This document shows positions 47,430 to 59,640 of a stretch of 64,000 nucleotides of DNA, piece after piece. How positions within the stretch are numbered: the stretch's first letter is position 1; every line of letters starts with the position of its first letter. Made by a program: the position numbers and the translations under genes. Under the pieces are notes generated by a model. It did not search any database, had not been told where the DNA came from, and worked only from the letters and a program-made list of their open reading frames with translations. The stretch comes from Hemiscyllium ocellatum. Lineage: Eukaryota. The stretch spans positions 14,619,575 to 14,683,574 of the forward strand of contig NC_083425.1 in assembly GCF_020745735.1 (NCBI RefSeq), in the 5' to 3' direction.

Positions 47430-48730
47430 AGGAGCAGCACAAGGCATATCTAAAAATGAGATGTCAACCTGGTGAATCTGCAACACAGGACAGGTAATGT
47501 GGCCAAGCAATCCCAAGCACAGCAGATCATGTCAAAGCTTTACAGTCACTGCACATCCAGCTGTGTTTCATGGTGTACAAGTAAACATCTGAAAAACAGT
47601 GGAGCGTCTACTGATATCTCCCATTCACCTCCATGGGGTTCCCAGCATATCAATGCTAAAGACAAGGCAGATGCATGTGCATCCGTTTTCAGCCAGAAGT
47701 GCTGGGTGGATGATGTATCTTGACCTCCACTGACAATCCTAGTATCATCGATGCCAGTCTTCAGCCAATTCCGTCATTCAACATGATATCTGTTGAAAGG
47801 CATAGGATGTTATAATGGCCATGGGCCCTGACAACATTCTGACAGGAGTACTGAAGAATTAACTGTGTCCGAAGCCAAGCTGTTCCCCTAAATTGCAAAA
47901 CATATTAATATTAGCATCGGCCTGACAATGTGCATAATTGCCTAGTTATATCCTGTACACACAAAGTGGGTTTATATTTTTTCGCCATTCATTCATGGGT
48001 GTGGGTTCTGCTGACTGGAGGAGCATTTATTGCCCATCCCTGCTCACCCTTGAGAAAATGCTGCAGTGTTTTTGTTGTAGTTAGCCCTAAAATCCCACTG
48101 AGGAAGGAGTTCCATGATTTTGACCCAGTGCTATTGAAGGGGCGATAATATATTTCCAGCTCAGGATGATGCATGGTTTGGAGGAGAACTTGTAGGCAGT
48201 GGTATTCCCATATACCTTGCTGCTTGTCCTTCTCGCTGGTGGTAGTTGTGGGTTTGGAAGGTGCTGTCGGAGGAGCTTTGTTGAGTTTCTGCAGTGTATC
48301 TTGTAGATAGTCCACCCTGCTGCTGTTGAGTGTCTGTGATGGAGGGAGTGATTGCTTGTGAATTTGGTGCCTATCAAGCAAACTGCTTGGTCTTGAATTG
48401 CATCAAGTTTCTTTAGGGGCTGCACTCATCCAGACATTCTGATTAATCACCGACTTGTCCCTTGTAAATTGTGAACAGGCTTTGGTCAGTTAGGAGATGA
48501 GTTACTCAATGCAGGATTCCTAGCATCTGACCTCTGCAGTTAGTCCATTTAATTTTCTGGTTATTACTAATCCCCAGGATGTTGATAGAAGGGGATGGTA
48601 ATGCCATTGAATGTCACTGGTTAGATTCTTTCTTGTAGGAGGTAGTCTTTGCTTGGCAAAAGTGAGGTGTGAATGTTACATGTCAATTTTCAGCCAAAAA
48701 CTGGAAATTGTCCTGTTATTGCTGCATTTG
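47430..48730. mobile_element. Two old CR1/L2-group LINE fragments in opposite orientation (+ ~47430-47960, - ~47975-48730)
   Basis: AKDKADACASVFSQKCWVDD on +; KLDAIQDQAVCLIGT on -. Matches the family at 25.1-26.1 kb. Confidence 0.7.
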
Positions 48731-50350
48731 TGTTTCCATCCTATCACTTTATACTCAGTCATTGGCAAAGTGAACGAAGGGGTTGTTGACAGCACTATCA
48801 AGCAGTACATACTCAGAAATTAACTGCTTGCTTGTGGTCTTATTTATTGTTAATGTTGAGAGTTCCACCAATCTTTCTGCCACAAGTATGTGGAGACCTT
48901 CTTCATTTCCAAAATAGACTGAACTGATATTGTGTTGTATCTGTGCAATTATGATGCAACTTATTGGTGTAGATTTTGTGGTCAACTGCAAATGAATAGT
49001 GATAGTTGTTAATTACACTTTTCCTCAGCCTTTGTGTGCTTTTGCACTGGAGTCTCCAGTTATGAGAATCAGAAACAGTGTGTTTGTATGATGGTTCCTC
49101 ACCACTGCTTCATCATGTTGTATAAGCTGTTTGATAAACTTGCTACTCTCATCTTATTTCCTGGAATAGACCAATACACTTACTTGGTTTAGGTAGTAGA
49201 GAAAAGCCACTTGGTAAGACAGGTTCTTGCCTTAATAAAGATGTACTTCCCTGTGAACAAACAAACAAACAGATTAGATGCAGGGGTAGGCCACTGAAAA
49301 TACCCTCTCAGGATCTCATGTTTTATTCAAGTTGCTTATTACTCCTCTAAAACCCCTGTGGATACAAGCCCAGCCTATCCAACCTTTCCTCAAAAGATGA
49401 CCAGAAGTCTTCTGCTTTCTGTCTCCCTTTTTGAATAAAGGAATTACATTTGTATCCTTCATATAAATAGAAACTTGTTTGCAAGAGAGAGATTTTGGAA
49501 AACTAAAACCAATGCAATCACCTCTCTCTCACCTGATAGCAGTCATGTACAATTTACATTAATGTGATAGACATTGCCACAGTGACTATGAGCAACACAG
49601 AAGTGATAGGATTTACTCGTTTGAGATTGTAAACTATTGTACAAAGGATCCTACGATATCATGTTTGTGGTGATGCTTATGGCTTTCCTTGGCATGAAGT
49701 CTTTCAGACCCTGACACCTTTGCAACAATGATCTTTACAGGGATCCAGGACCTTTGTGAACAGCATGCAGCACTGTACTTGTTTTACTAGTCAGATTGAA
49801 GAAGCCTTAGTGAACTATGCAGAGTTTAAATCAGGAAGTGAAACTTAGAATATATAGATAAATGTAAATGGATAGACAATAAAATGGAGAGGGAAAGAAA
49901 GATATGGTTTAGAGACATAAAGGAAAAATAGAAGGAAAGTTTTAAATTTATTTTTGAATAAACAAACCTCAACTTTTATACAGTTTACTTAGCATTTATC
50001 ATGTATGTAATCTTCTCATGCTGCTGCATGTATTTGCATGTGGAATCTTTTAACGTGATACTCCTGTAGTGAAGCTTCTGGAAGAATAGGATCTTGATTA
50101 GCAGTGTCCTGATTTCCCCAGGTGGTAGATGTTGTCATTTGATTTTTGTTAATAATTTGTTATTTCTATCTCAAAATCCTGCCCACTTATTCAGTGACAT
50201 CTTGAACCATTATGGATAATGATAGAACGCTATATCGAGATGAGTGCAGCTTTATAATGTTGAAGCTCCTAACACTTGGAGAGCTGAAATAGTATTGCAA
50301 TCTTCAGGGCTTGATTCCAGTAACAACTTTGATTTTTTTTATCTCTGTAG

Positions 50351-50529
50351 AGCAAATCTGAGTGATTCCTACTTCACAAATCGACAGGATCGTTACGTTT
50401 TACTCCAAGATTGCCATGAAATAGCAGATTTCTTTGATGACCTAGTCAATGCAGTCAGTGATATTTCACTTCAGTTACAGCAGGATGATACCACTGACAT
50501 GAATCAGGGAATGATCCACCCATTCACAG
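50351..50529 (+). CDS. PGS1: PGS1 exon 6
   Basis: ANLSDSYFTNRQDRYVLLQDCHEIADFFDDLV...GMIHPFT(G); acceptor GTAG|, donor G|GTAGAG. Confidence 0.97.
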
Positions 50530-50541
50530 GTAGAGTACATT

Positions 50542-51046
50542 CATTTTAGCAAGTTTTGAGAAGATTTGTAGCTCAGTTTGAGGTTCTGGATGTAGCTTGC
50601 TCACTGAGCTGGAAGGTTCATTTTCAGACGTTTCGTCACCATACTAGGTAACATCTTCAGTGAGCCTCTGGACAAAGCACTGCTGGTGTTTCCTGCTTTC
50701 TGGTTTCCTTGGGTCAGTGATGTCCCTGTGATGACATCATTTCCTATGGTGATAACATTTCTTTTTCTCTGGAGTGGTAAATGGGAATGGAGAAGTCCTA
50801 GAAGCATGGCATTCCAACCAGAACTCTATCAACAAACACATTGACTTGGACCCCATTTACTACCGTCTGATAAAAAAAACAGGAAATGACATCACAGGAA
50901 ATGACGCCACCGATCCAAGGAAACCCAAACTTATAAATAGAAAGCAGGAAACACCAGCAGTGCTTCATCCAGAGGCTCATTGAAGATGTTACCTAATATG
51001 GTGAAGAAATGTCTGAAAATGAGCCTTCCAGTTCAGTGAGCAAACC
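50542..51046. mobile_element. Penelope element of a second family, 5'-truncated with inverted terminal repeat
   Basis: Inverted arms ~50599-50765 and ~50875-51041; central EVLEAWHSNQNSINKHIDLDPIY (PLE endonuclease C-terminus); 8-bp TSD AGTACATT (50534-50541 / 51047-51054). Confidence 0.88.
50624..50663 (-). ncRNA. Hammerhead ribozyme core, second family
   Basis: TCA-CTGAAGA-T-GTTACC-TAGTAT-GGTGAC-GAAA-C-GTC-TGA: stem I UCA/UGA, 6-bp stem II with one G-U pair. Confidence 0.75.
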
Positions 51047-53999
51047 AGTACATTTGTTTGTCTGAAAAACAAATTGATCTGATTTGAAGCCTGTAGACTG
51101 AATATTGTTAGGTTTCAAAGCATGCATGTGAACAAATTGGTATGTTTCTGAAGATAAGTATCATCAAAATATGTGAGGGTATGCATTAGAAAAGTTGATC
51201 CTTTTTCATTGTCTGTGAAATATTCTGTCACCAGAAATTGCTCTTGATTCTGAGTTCATAAAATACACTTAATTTAGTGAAAGAAATTCTGTTTCTGTAT
51301 CATACAGAAGAATATATTTAAAGATGTAATGATCAATTTGACTGAATTTGATGGATGTCAGATTTAATTTTTCCACTGCAGATGTTTTTTGTTAACATGA
51401 GTTTCATGTGAAATTGGAATACCACTTATTGCTTTTTGCAATTCTGTCACCTTTTTAAAAAAGCTATTTAAACCTTGTATTTCTCCTGCAACCATTCTGT
51501 TTGCATCATATTTCTTCAGCTAACATTTTCTCGGCAAATAGACTCCCCTTCTCCCTTAGTGCGGTGAATGAATCATTGCAACTTCACTTCCTTGAAGCCT
51601 TTTGGGCCATTGAAAATTTCAATTTTTTTCAATCCTTAAATCTAGGCGTAGTTTCTCCCTGTCTTCACACCCATCAACTCTTGCCTCTTGATGGTTCAAT
51701 GTTAATCCCTCATTAATCAATGTTTTTAAACTCACGAGCCTTTCTGAGCTCAAATACAATTGCAGTCACTCTGGTCAGCCATTCTTATTTGCTCAAGTTT
51801 TCAGTCTTGATTTATTTATATTCCTAAACTTGAAGTATGCTCATTTTCAAATGGAATTTCTGTAGGCTACATTACAACAATTCTTTATTTGACCATTGTC
51901 AATATTTTTCCCCAATCTCAAATTGGTCAAAAGTTTAATATTCTTAAAAATCTGGAGGGATTCATTTAATATTTGTTGATATTGAGGAGAAGAAAATAAT
52001 TGACATGTAATGGATGATCCGTTGCAATGTCTGATCTCTGAATCAACAGTCAACATGACTTTTTTTTGAGTTTTAGAGTTATTTTTCACTATGGTTTTGG
52101 CTTTCTTGGTTTAAAAAAAATTGTTTCCTGCCTTTTTTTCTTAATTAAAAAAGCTGTCATGATGTAGCAGGGTTAGAGATTAGTGTTGTAATAATTGTAG
52201 TAAGGACTGCTACGTGATAGAAGGCTAAAAGGATGAGGGAAGTGAATAGTTAATGAGGAAGAGGGATGTGATTGCGGGGGTTGGGGAGGGTAGGACGGTG
52301 AAGAACGAGGAGTTCCCTTTACCCTTGCTCCAATGTTACAGCATAAAATTTCAAAAAGACCTCTGCTATGGGCACAGGCTGTACAGACATCACCACCATC
52401 AGCATACTAGCCTCGATGAACATCAACTGGTCGGTTGAGCTCATTATCAGAACAGAAGCAGCTGAGTGAGAGGGGAGGGAAAGAATTTTTCAGTTATGGT
52501 GACTATTGAGGACAGATGCACAGTCAGAAGGCAAAATATCTCTCAGACAATTGGTATCTTACCTCAAGCTGAAAATGGAAAAGTGAGAGTAATATTGAAT
52601 ACTAATTTTGTAAAAGTAACTAGATTTAAAATTAAATATACACTAAGCTCTCAGAAACCTTTCTTAACAGTACTGTAATCAATTTAAATGTTAAATTATT
52701 AGGAATTAACACCGGAAACTTATATTATGGTGGCAACTCCCAGGTTAACACCATGCTGGAAGTCTGACAAGTATGGTTAACATTGGCATTTTTGGGCATT
52801 TTGAAATCAAATATTTTGTTCCACTTTCCGGTTTTTGTAAATTATAAATGTTTATGAGAAATCTTGGGGTGCCTTCAGTGATCCACAGCATATATTTTAT
52901 TATAGATATCTTTGAATTCAATATACTAGGTTGATTATATAACTTAAGACAAATGATTAGTTTTTCTATACATTTCAAGTTTCATTATTTCATGTTTGCT
53001 TGGTTTGGAACGCTTGTTAGGGAATGACAGCATTTCAGTGATTTTCTAGTTGGTTGTAGGTCAAAAACGGGCTAAATTGTGATATGTAGATAATTTGTTT
53101 GTGAATAGTTTCTGGCAATTGTTTCTCGAAAAATACTTCACTGAAGCAAAGCTGCTTAGTAAATTAAACTGTCACTTCGAATACAGGAAAGTGGATTTTC
53201 CATGGTATTGATTTGTGAATAATCGTAATATCTTAGTCATAGGGCTATTGCCAGAACATTTAAGAACTGATCATTGCAATCCATTGACTACTAACTGAAC
53301 ACATTATCCTCACTAATGTTGACTATAGGGACTTTGTTGGAATTGAGTCTTGCCACATGGGCATCAATCCTGAGACATTCATTCTTGCAATTTATGTTCC
53401 AAAGGCCTTGTTTTAACAGGAGCTGAATGATCCCTATACATAAATGAGCACTAATGGTTTTGCTATGGGGCCAGACTGTATTATGAATGTGATTTCCTGC
53501 ACTCAGTTCATGTGACCTTAATTTCTATTAAATTACTGTAAATGAAAATTACCTCACTGTATAAAATTGGCACTAAATGTTGCATGTGATTCTGGATCAA
53601 TTGCCATTCACAGAAGATATTTCCAAACTTTAACCACGCTTTATATGTGGGAGAGTTCCTCTAGTTTCACTGGTTGTAAAGTTTAGCTGTAATTTGTAAG
53701 CTATACCCCAGTCCTGGATGGACCAACCAATGTAAATAGTTTCTGTCTATCTACCACAGTATGATTGAAGTAGGTGGGGTTGGGGGAAAGCCACAGCCAT
53801 TTACTATGACAGTTGCAAGTTGTGATCCTGTCATAGATATAGTCTTGGATTCCTTCATTGTCCCCGTTCCTTTCAATTCAGTTGTTCTTCTCTGTCTAGT
53901 ATCTAGTTATGATGATGATGAAACTTACTAACAATGGTGCGTGCTTATTAAATGACTTAAATATCAAGATCTTTGCACTTAACCTCAAGTGACCTTTGT

Positions 54000-54665
54000 A
54001 TCAATTTTAGAAAGTCTATTTGTGCTGAACCTTGCTGGAATAGTGCAGCAGGCCTGAGACAGAAATGTTGGGCGCAAACACGACGGTGTGTTGAAATGGG
54101 AGGCAACTGAAAGCTCAGGATCATTTGTAAGGACAGAATACAGGTTTGTTTTGTTTCCCCGTGTTGTGAGCAGCAAATACAGTAGTCCAGATTAAATGTA
54201 GTGCTGGTAGATTATTGCTTCACCTGGAAAGTGTGTCTGGGACCTGGGGTAGTAAGGAGGGGGGAAGTAAACAGCTGTTCTGCACTTGCACGGGAAGGTG
54301 CTGCATGGGTGTGAGGAGGTTTTGGGAGGGGAAGAGGAGGAGTGCACCAGGCTGACCCAGAGGGTGTTAACCTAGACAGAGCTGTCCCTGTGGAAGGCTG
54401 ACAAGGCATGGCAGGGGAGGGTGGTGGAAATGGCAGCTTGTGATCCTTTGGATGTGGAGGCTGGTCGAGTTGAAAGTGAGGACCAGAGGGACTCTGTTAG
54501 CGTTGTGGGAGGGAAGAGAAGGGTGCGGGCAGGGAAAAGAATTGGACATGGCTGAGGGCCCAGTTAACCACAGTGCTAGGAGTCCTCGATTGAGGCAAAA
54601 AGTAGACGTTGCTGAGACCCTCCCCCGCCCCCCAAGGAAGCATCAACAGAACAGAATGATGCATT
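54000..54665 (-). mobile_element. Degenerate PLE fragment
   Basis: NRVPLVLTFNSTSLHIQRI, HTFQVKQ, NDPELSVASHFNTPS. Confidence 0.7.
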
Positions 54666-54803
54666 AAAACTCCTTATTGTTAGGGATTACATGTACAACA
54701 AATGAACTATCTGCCTTGACTGCACTCATTCCTTTGCACCATCAAGTTGAAAAGTTTGATTCTAATTGCTGTAAGCTGACTATTTTTCAGTGGAAGTGAA
54801 ATA

Positions 54804-55157
54804 TAGCCTGGATGTTGTGGATGCAGTCTGATCTAGCCTGGATGCTGTGGATGCAGTCTGATCTAGCCTGGATGCTGTGGATGCAGTCTGATCTAGCCTG
54901 GATGTTGTGGATGCAGTCTGCTCTAGCCTGGATGCTGTGGTTGCAGTCTGATCTAGCCTGGATGCTGTGGATGCAGTCTGATCTAGCCTGGATGCTGTGG
55001 TTGCAGTCTGATCTAGCCTGGATGCTGTGGTTGCAGTCTGATCTAGCCTGGATGCTGTGGTTGCAGTCTGATCTAGCCTGGATGCGGTGGTTGCAGTCTG
55101 ATTTAGCCTGGATGTTGAGGTTGCAGTCTGAGGTGGCCTGGAGGTTGTCGTTGCAGC
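54804..55157. repeat. 30-bp minisatellite, ~11.5 copies
   Basis: Unit TAGCCTGGATGCTGTGG(A/T)TGCAGTCTGATC, degenerating toward the right. Confidence 0.97.
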
Positions 55158-55980
55158 TGTGTCCCCAAGGGAAGAAACCACATCTTAACCAACCCCGAGA
55201 AACCATTAGATTAAAAGAAGCCTTCACTCCCCCAAACAACCCCTTCCATTGCTGAGAAATGTGTTTCCCCCCCACCCACCCGCACAACACCACCACCAAG
55301 AACAGCAGTCCCTTGACCTCCTCCTAACAATGTTCAACCCCTCTCCTCTCTCTGGGTGTCGCTTGCCTGTAGAACACTTATCCTGGGCGCATAACATTAA
55401 CTCTGCTGCTCACTGTCAGATGCTGTCAGACCTACTGAGCTCCTCCAGCATTCTTTGTGTTTGTTTAAGACACAATCATATTTTCCATTAGTTATCAGAA
55501 TATTTTCTGGAATAGTGAGCAACATTTGTTACCCCCTGTTTTTCACTCAGATGTTTGATCACTTTTATTCATTCCAGGGTCTTCGACATTCTTGTCAATG
55601 TTAGAATTCATTACGATCATTAGTTGCCCTTGAGACAGTGATGGTGAGCTGTCTTTTAAAGCCTCTGTAGTCCATAGGGTGAAGCTACACCCATAGTGCT
55701 GTTTGTTTGGGAGTTTGAAGATCTAGACCTAATGACCACCGATTGAATGGAATCACATTTTTGCCAAACATTTTGTGAAGTTAACTTTCCTTCATTGCTG
55801 CATAAGTCAAAATTCGGTGGTTCTTCTATCCTTGAAAATAATACAGAATTTATAATGTTTTACGGAATGTCAACACACATGAATTCTAATATTTAATTGA
55901 GTATTATTCAAACGTCTGTTTTATTAAATTTAAAAATATGCCAGTCACAGATGCAGTATTATCTTAAAATTGTTTTTCAG

Positions 55981-56505
55981 GTAACCGAAAAGATTTCTGT
56001 GCAGAAGCAAATAAGAGGATCATGGCTGTGGTGAATGAAGCAAGAAGCAAGCAGCTGTACAGAAACCATATAAAATGCCTGAGTGAGAACAATTCTGAAC
56101 AGTTGTTAATACCCAGTGACAATGGTCAAGCTCTGAAATGCACAGATACCTGGATCTATCCCATAATACAAATGAAATCATTTGAAATTAGAATAGACGA
56201 GCAAGTGACTGAAACATTAATGACTAGAGCTGAGGCGGAGTCTAAGATGTACTTGACTTCGGGGTATTTTAACCTCACTAAAGCATATATGGATCTTATT
56301 TTGGGTACCAGTGCGGATTATCAGATACTGCTCGCATCACCAGAGGTAAATGGCTTCTTTGGTGCAAAAGGTGTGGCAGGAGCCATTCCTTCTGCTTATG
56401 TTTACATTGCCAGACAGTTTTACAGGAGAGTGTACCAGAGTGGCCTGCAAGATAGAATAAGACTACATGAATACTTCAGGGAAGACTGGACTTTTCATGC
56501 AAAAG
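55981..56505 (+). CDS. PGS1: PGS1 exon 7 (ends in the second HKD-like motif)
   Basis: NRKDFCAEANKRIMAVVNEAR...DTWIYPIIQMK...YLTSGYFNLT...LASPEVNGFFGAKGVAGAIPSAY...WTFHAK(G); acceptor TCAG|, donor G|GTGAGT. Confidence 0.97.
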
Positions 56506-56634
56506 GTGAGTGGTAATATTTTTTTGTAAACTTACCACTTTTTCCACAGCTGTGTTGGTGGTTGTATTGGTTTGGTTTGTCAGCTCTCATATCTGTTGTA
56601 TGAAGACATCCTAGATTTTACACAAATTCATTTC

Positions 56635-56960
56635 TACATTGGTAGATATGGGCTCAAGATCCACTCCAGAAATTGAGTACTTAATGTAGGGTCATCAGTT
56701 CAGTAAAGTATTGAGGGAGTGTGACACTGTCATAAGTATTCTTCAAATGAATGATTAAACTAGTGTCCTTTGGTGATTTTGCAGAAGAGCAGGAAATGCT
56801 CTCTGTCAACCTTCTTGCTTGACAGTAAGGACTATGTGAAACAAAATCGACCATTAATCTCAGCTGTTTTTGGGATGTGGCTCACACAGAAAGTGCATGT
56901 AACAACAGTCATTGAACTCCAAAAATAATTCAACATCTGAAGTGTCTTGAGTCATTTTAA
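56635..56960 (+). mobile_element. Ancient DeuSINE-like element (a related 3' piece lies at ~60450-60640)
   Basis: GTATTGAGGGAGTGTGACACTGTC...GAATGATTAAACTAG resembles the Deu-domain core. Highly diverged. Confidence 0.5.
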
Positions 56961-57764
56961 CATGTAAACAGCTTCACGTTATTCTGAGAACATTATTTTA
57001 AGCAGCAGATTTTGCATGGTAGCTGATTAGGTTAAAGTAACAGCACTCTGATTTGCATTTTTACTTGTGCCAATAGTGTAATGTCATACGTTAGTTGGTG
57101 GAGAGTAGCCTGTGACCACATTATATATGTCACACCTTAAACATGTAGCAGTTGCCATGGCGTAACTATGCAATTCCTTGTAACCTGAACTTAATGTAGC
57201 ATTTTTCACAAATGCCCCAAGTGTCACATTTGCTCACATCGTAATAAGTGCCTGGATGCAAAATGCTAAGTTATTTCACTTCACAGCTGGTGTGTGAATA
57301 TAGTTTAACAGCCGAGCCAGATCCCAGTACCTATAGCTCAGTGGCACTTCTCTAAAAAAAAACTTGGAAATGAAGAGTATGAAGAAGTTTGCAGTATGGG
57401 TGAATAAATAAAACATGTGATATTCCTTCACTGGTCTAACTTGCTTGTTTCTTTTGGAATTGCTTTATTTTCAGACTGTGTTCCTAAACACTGACCTTTT
57501 TTCAGTTTCCTGCTCTGTTAAATTTCACAACCTCCTATTCAGAACTCGAGTGCCTTTGTAGTTCATTGTCACTCCACCTAGGGAGAGGGCGTACAAAATG
57601 CCGATTTCCTCCTCCTATTGCTTTGTCATTTGGCTTTCCCTTTGGGATAAGATATTTAAAGAAAACAATGTCTTGTGTTGTTCTTAATGACCAGCAGTTA
57701 TCCCAGTTAATGTGCCTGGGACAAAACAAGCAACATTCATTGTATTAATGCTGAATTCTACGAA

Positions 57765-59300
57765 CCAAAACAAAAGTAGAAACTAGTGAAAATACTCAGC
57801 AGGTCAGGCAACATCTGTGGAGATGGAAGCTGAGTTAATGCTTCAAGAGTTTAATCTGTCATTAGAATTAAAATACATTAAAAATCTGATGAGTTGAGCG
57901 TGAAAGGAGAAAGACTGGGAAAAGAAAAAAAAGGGAAGGCTTGTGATGTGTGGAGGGTAAGTGGGATTATATGCCTAAAATGTTAATGAATCGAATGAAA
58001 AAATAAGAGATGTTATCGAGGAGGTCTGAATGTCAGGATAGTTGACATCTGCTTACAAAGTCACAAGAGGAATGAATGATTTTTGTCTCCCCATTGGCAT
58101 CTTGTTGTGGGAAGGGACTACACGATACTAAATTGAACAGTGTGCAAGGTGCTGGAAGGAATTGGTTTGTTTAAAGAGTGGACCAGGACGTTGTAGAGGA
58201 AATGGTCCCTTTGGGTGCTGAAAGGGGCGAAGGGAAGGTGCGATTAGTATTTTACCATCATGGAAATGTCAGAAATGGTGGGGGTAGTCTGTTGAATGTG
58301 GAGGTTTATAGGGCATTTAGAGGTGAGGGCAAGGAGAAACCTATTGTCATTCTGGGAAGCAGGGAAAAGTGAGAGAAATTTATGAAATTAAAGTGGATTT
58401 GATGGAGATCAACATGATCATATTAAATAATGGTGCAGTCTCAAGGGGCTGAATTGCCTATTCCTACTCCTAGCTATTAGTTCTTCCCTGGTTGCCTGTG
58501 AGGGTTTGTTACTGATGTAACTGTGGAAGTCAGTGGGCTTACAGTAAATATTCATTGATAACTTGTTCTCAGGAATAGATTCAAAGAATTCAAGGAAAGG
58601 GAAGCATTGGCGATGGACCATGTGAAATATGAGAAGGGTAGAAATTGGATCAAAGTCAATTAATTTTTTTCAGTTTGAGACAAGAGCAGGAAACAGCTGC
58701 AATGCAGTCATCAGTATAACAGGTGAAATTGGAGGCCTGAGTATAACTAGAATAAAGAATGACACACAGTTCCCAAAAATGGCAGGAAAAGTTCTGATCC
58801 ATGTGGGCAGAGATAACAGCATTATTTATTTTGAATAACTGAGTGGACTTGAAAGAGAGGCAGTTCAGTATGAAAAGGATGATCAACTGATTGCACCTCC
58901 CATCAAGGAAGATGCACAGGTCTCAGACGATCCTGGTGCAAGATGGAGGTATGCAGAAATGAAAGCCCATGGTGCAAGGAAGAGACTTAGTACCAGCAAA
59001 CTGTTCAAATGATGAGGGCATCAGAAGACTCCTGGATGGAGGGGGCTGGAGATCAAGCAAGTGGAGCAATAAGAGTTAAGATGATGATATTGTTTTGGTG
59101 GATGAAGAATAGGCTGAAACAGTGCTGTTTGTGTATTTTGGGAAGTAGGTAGCAGTTTGAGAGGCTGGAGCCCTTCACAGAAGGGCCACCAAAGAAAAAT
59201 GAGGTCGTTGAGAGTCCTAGAGTAAAGATTTGCTATTCACTGGTGGGCACATGGCCCATTGGGACTGAAGAGAAGTATTAGCAAGTTGGCATTTGTCAAT
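57765..59300 (-). mobile_element. Old Penelope-like element including RT remnants
   Basis: FTCYTDDCIAAVSCS (YIDD motif) and FPFLEF...NIYCKPTDFHSY. Confidence 0.7.
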
Positions 59301-59319
59301 ACATGACACAGCAGCAGCT

Positions 59320-59640
59320 TGGCAAAAGTGAGGACTGCAGAAGCTGGAAATCAGAGGCTAGATTAGAATGGTGCTGGAAAAGCACAGACAGTCAGGCAGC
59401 ATCCAAGGAGCAGGAAAATCGATGTTTCAGGCAAAAGCCCTTCATCAGGACTGAAGGCAGGGAGCCTCCAGGGTGGAGAGATAAATGGGAGTGGGGGGGG
59501 GAGGGGGCTGCGGCTGGGGAGAAGGTAGCAAAAAGTACAAAAGGTGGATGAAGGTGGGGATGACGGTGATAGGTCGGAGAGGAGGGTGGAGCGGATAGGT
59601 GGGAAGGGAGATTGGCAGGTCGGTCATGAGGATAGTCTGA
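59320..59640 (-). mobile_element. PLE terminal fragment with near-intact hammerhead (~59420-59448)
   Basis: Minus strand CTGATGA-A-GGGC-TTTT-GCCT-GAAA-CATC. Confidence 0.75.

Larger units (their letters stand above)
18535..56505 (+). other. PGS1: PGS1 gene span (coding exons 1-7; 3' exons presumably beyond the window)
   Basis: Seven GT-AG exons join in frame (intron phases 2,0,0,1,2,1,1) into a protein colinear with vertebrate PGS1, with PLD-superfamily motifs HIKVYLFD and FHAKG. Confidence 0.96.

Noticed and set aside
54780-55299. Repetitive ORFs (TASRLDQ / LWMQSDLAW)
   Set aside because: Translations of the 30-bp minisatellite inside PGS1 intron 6.
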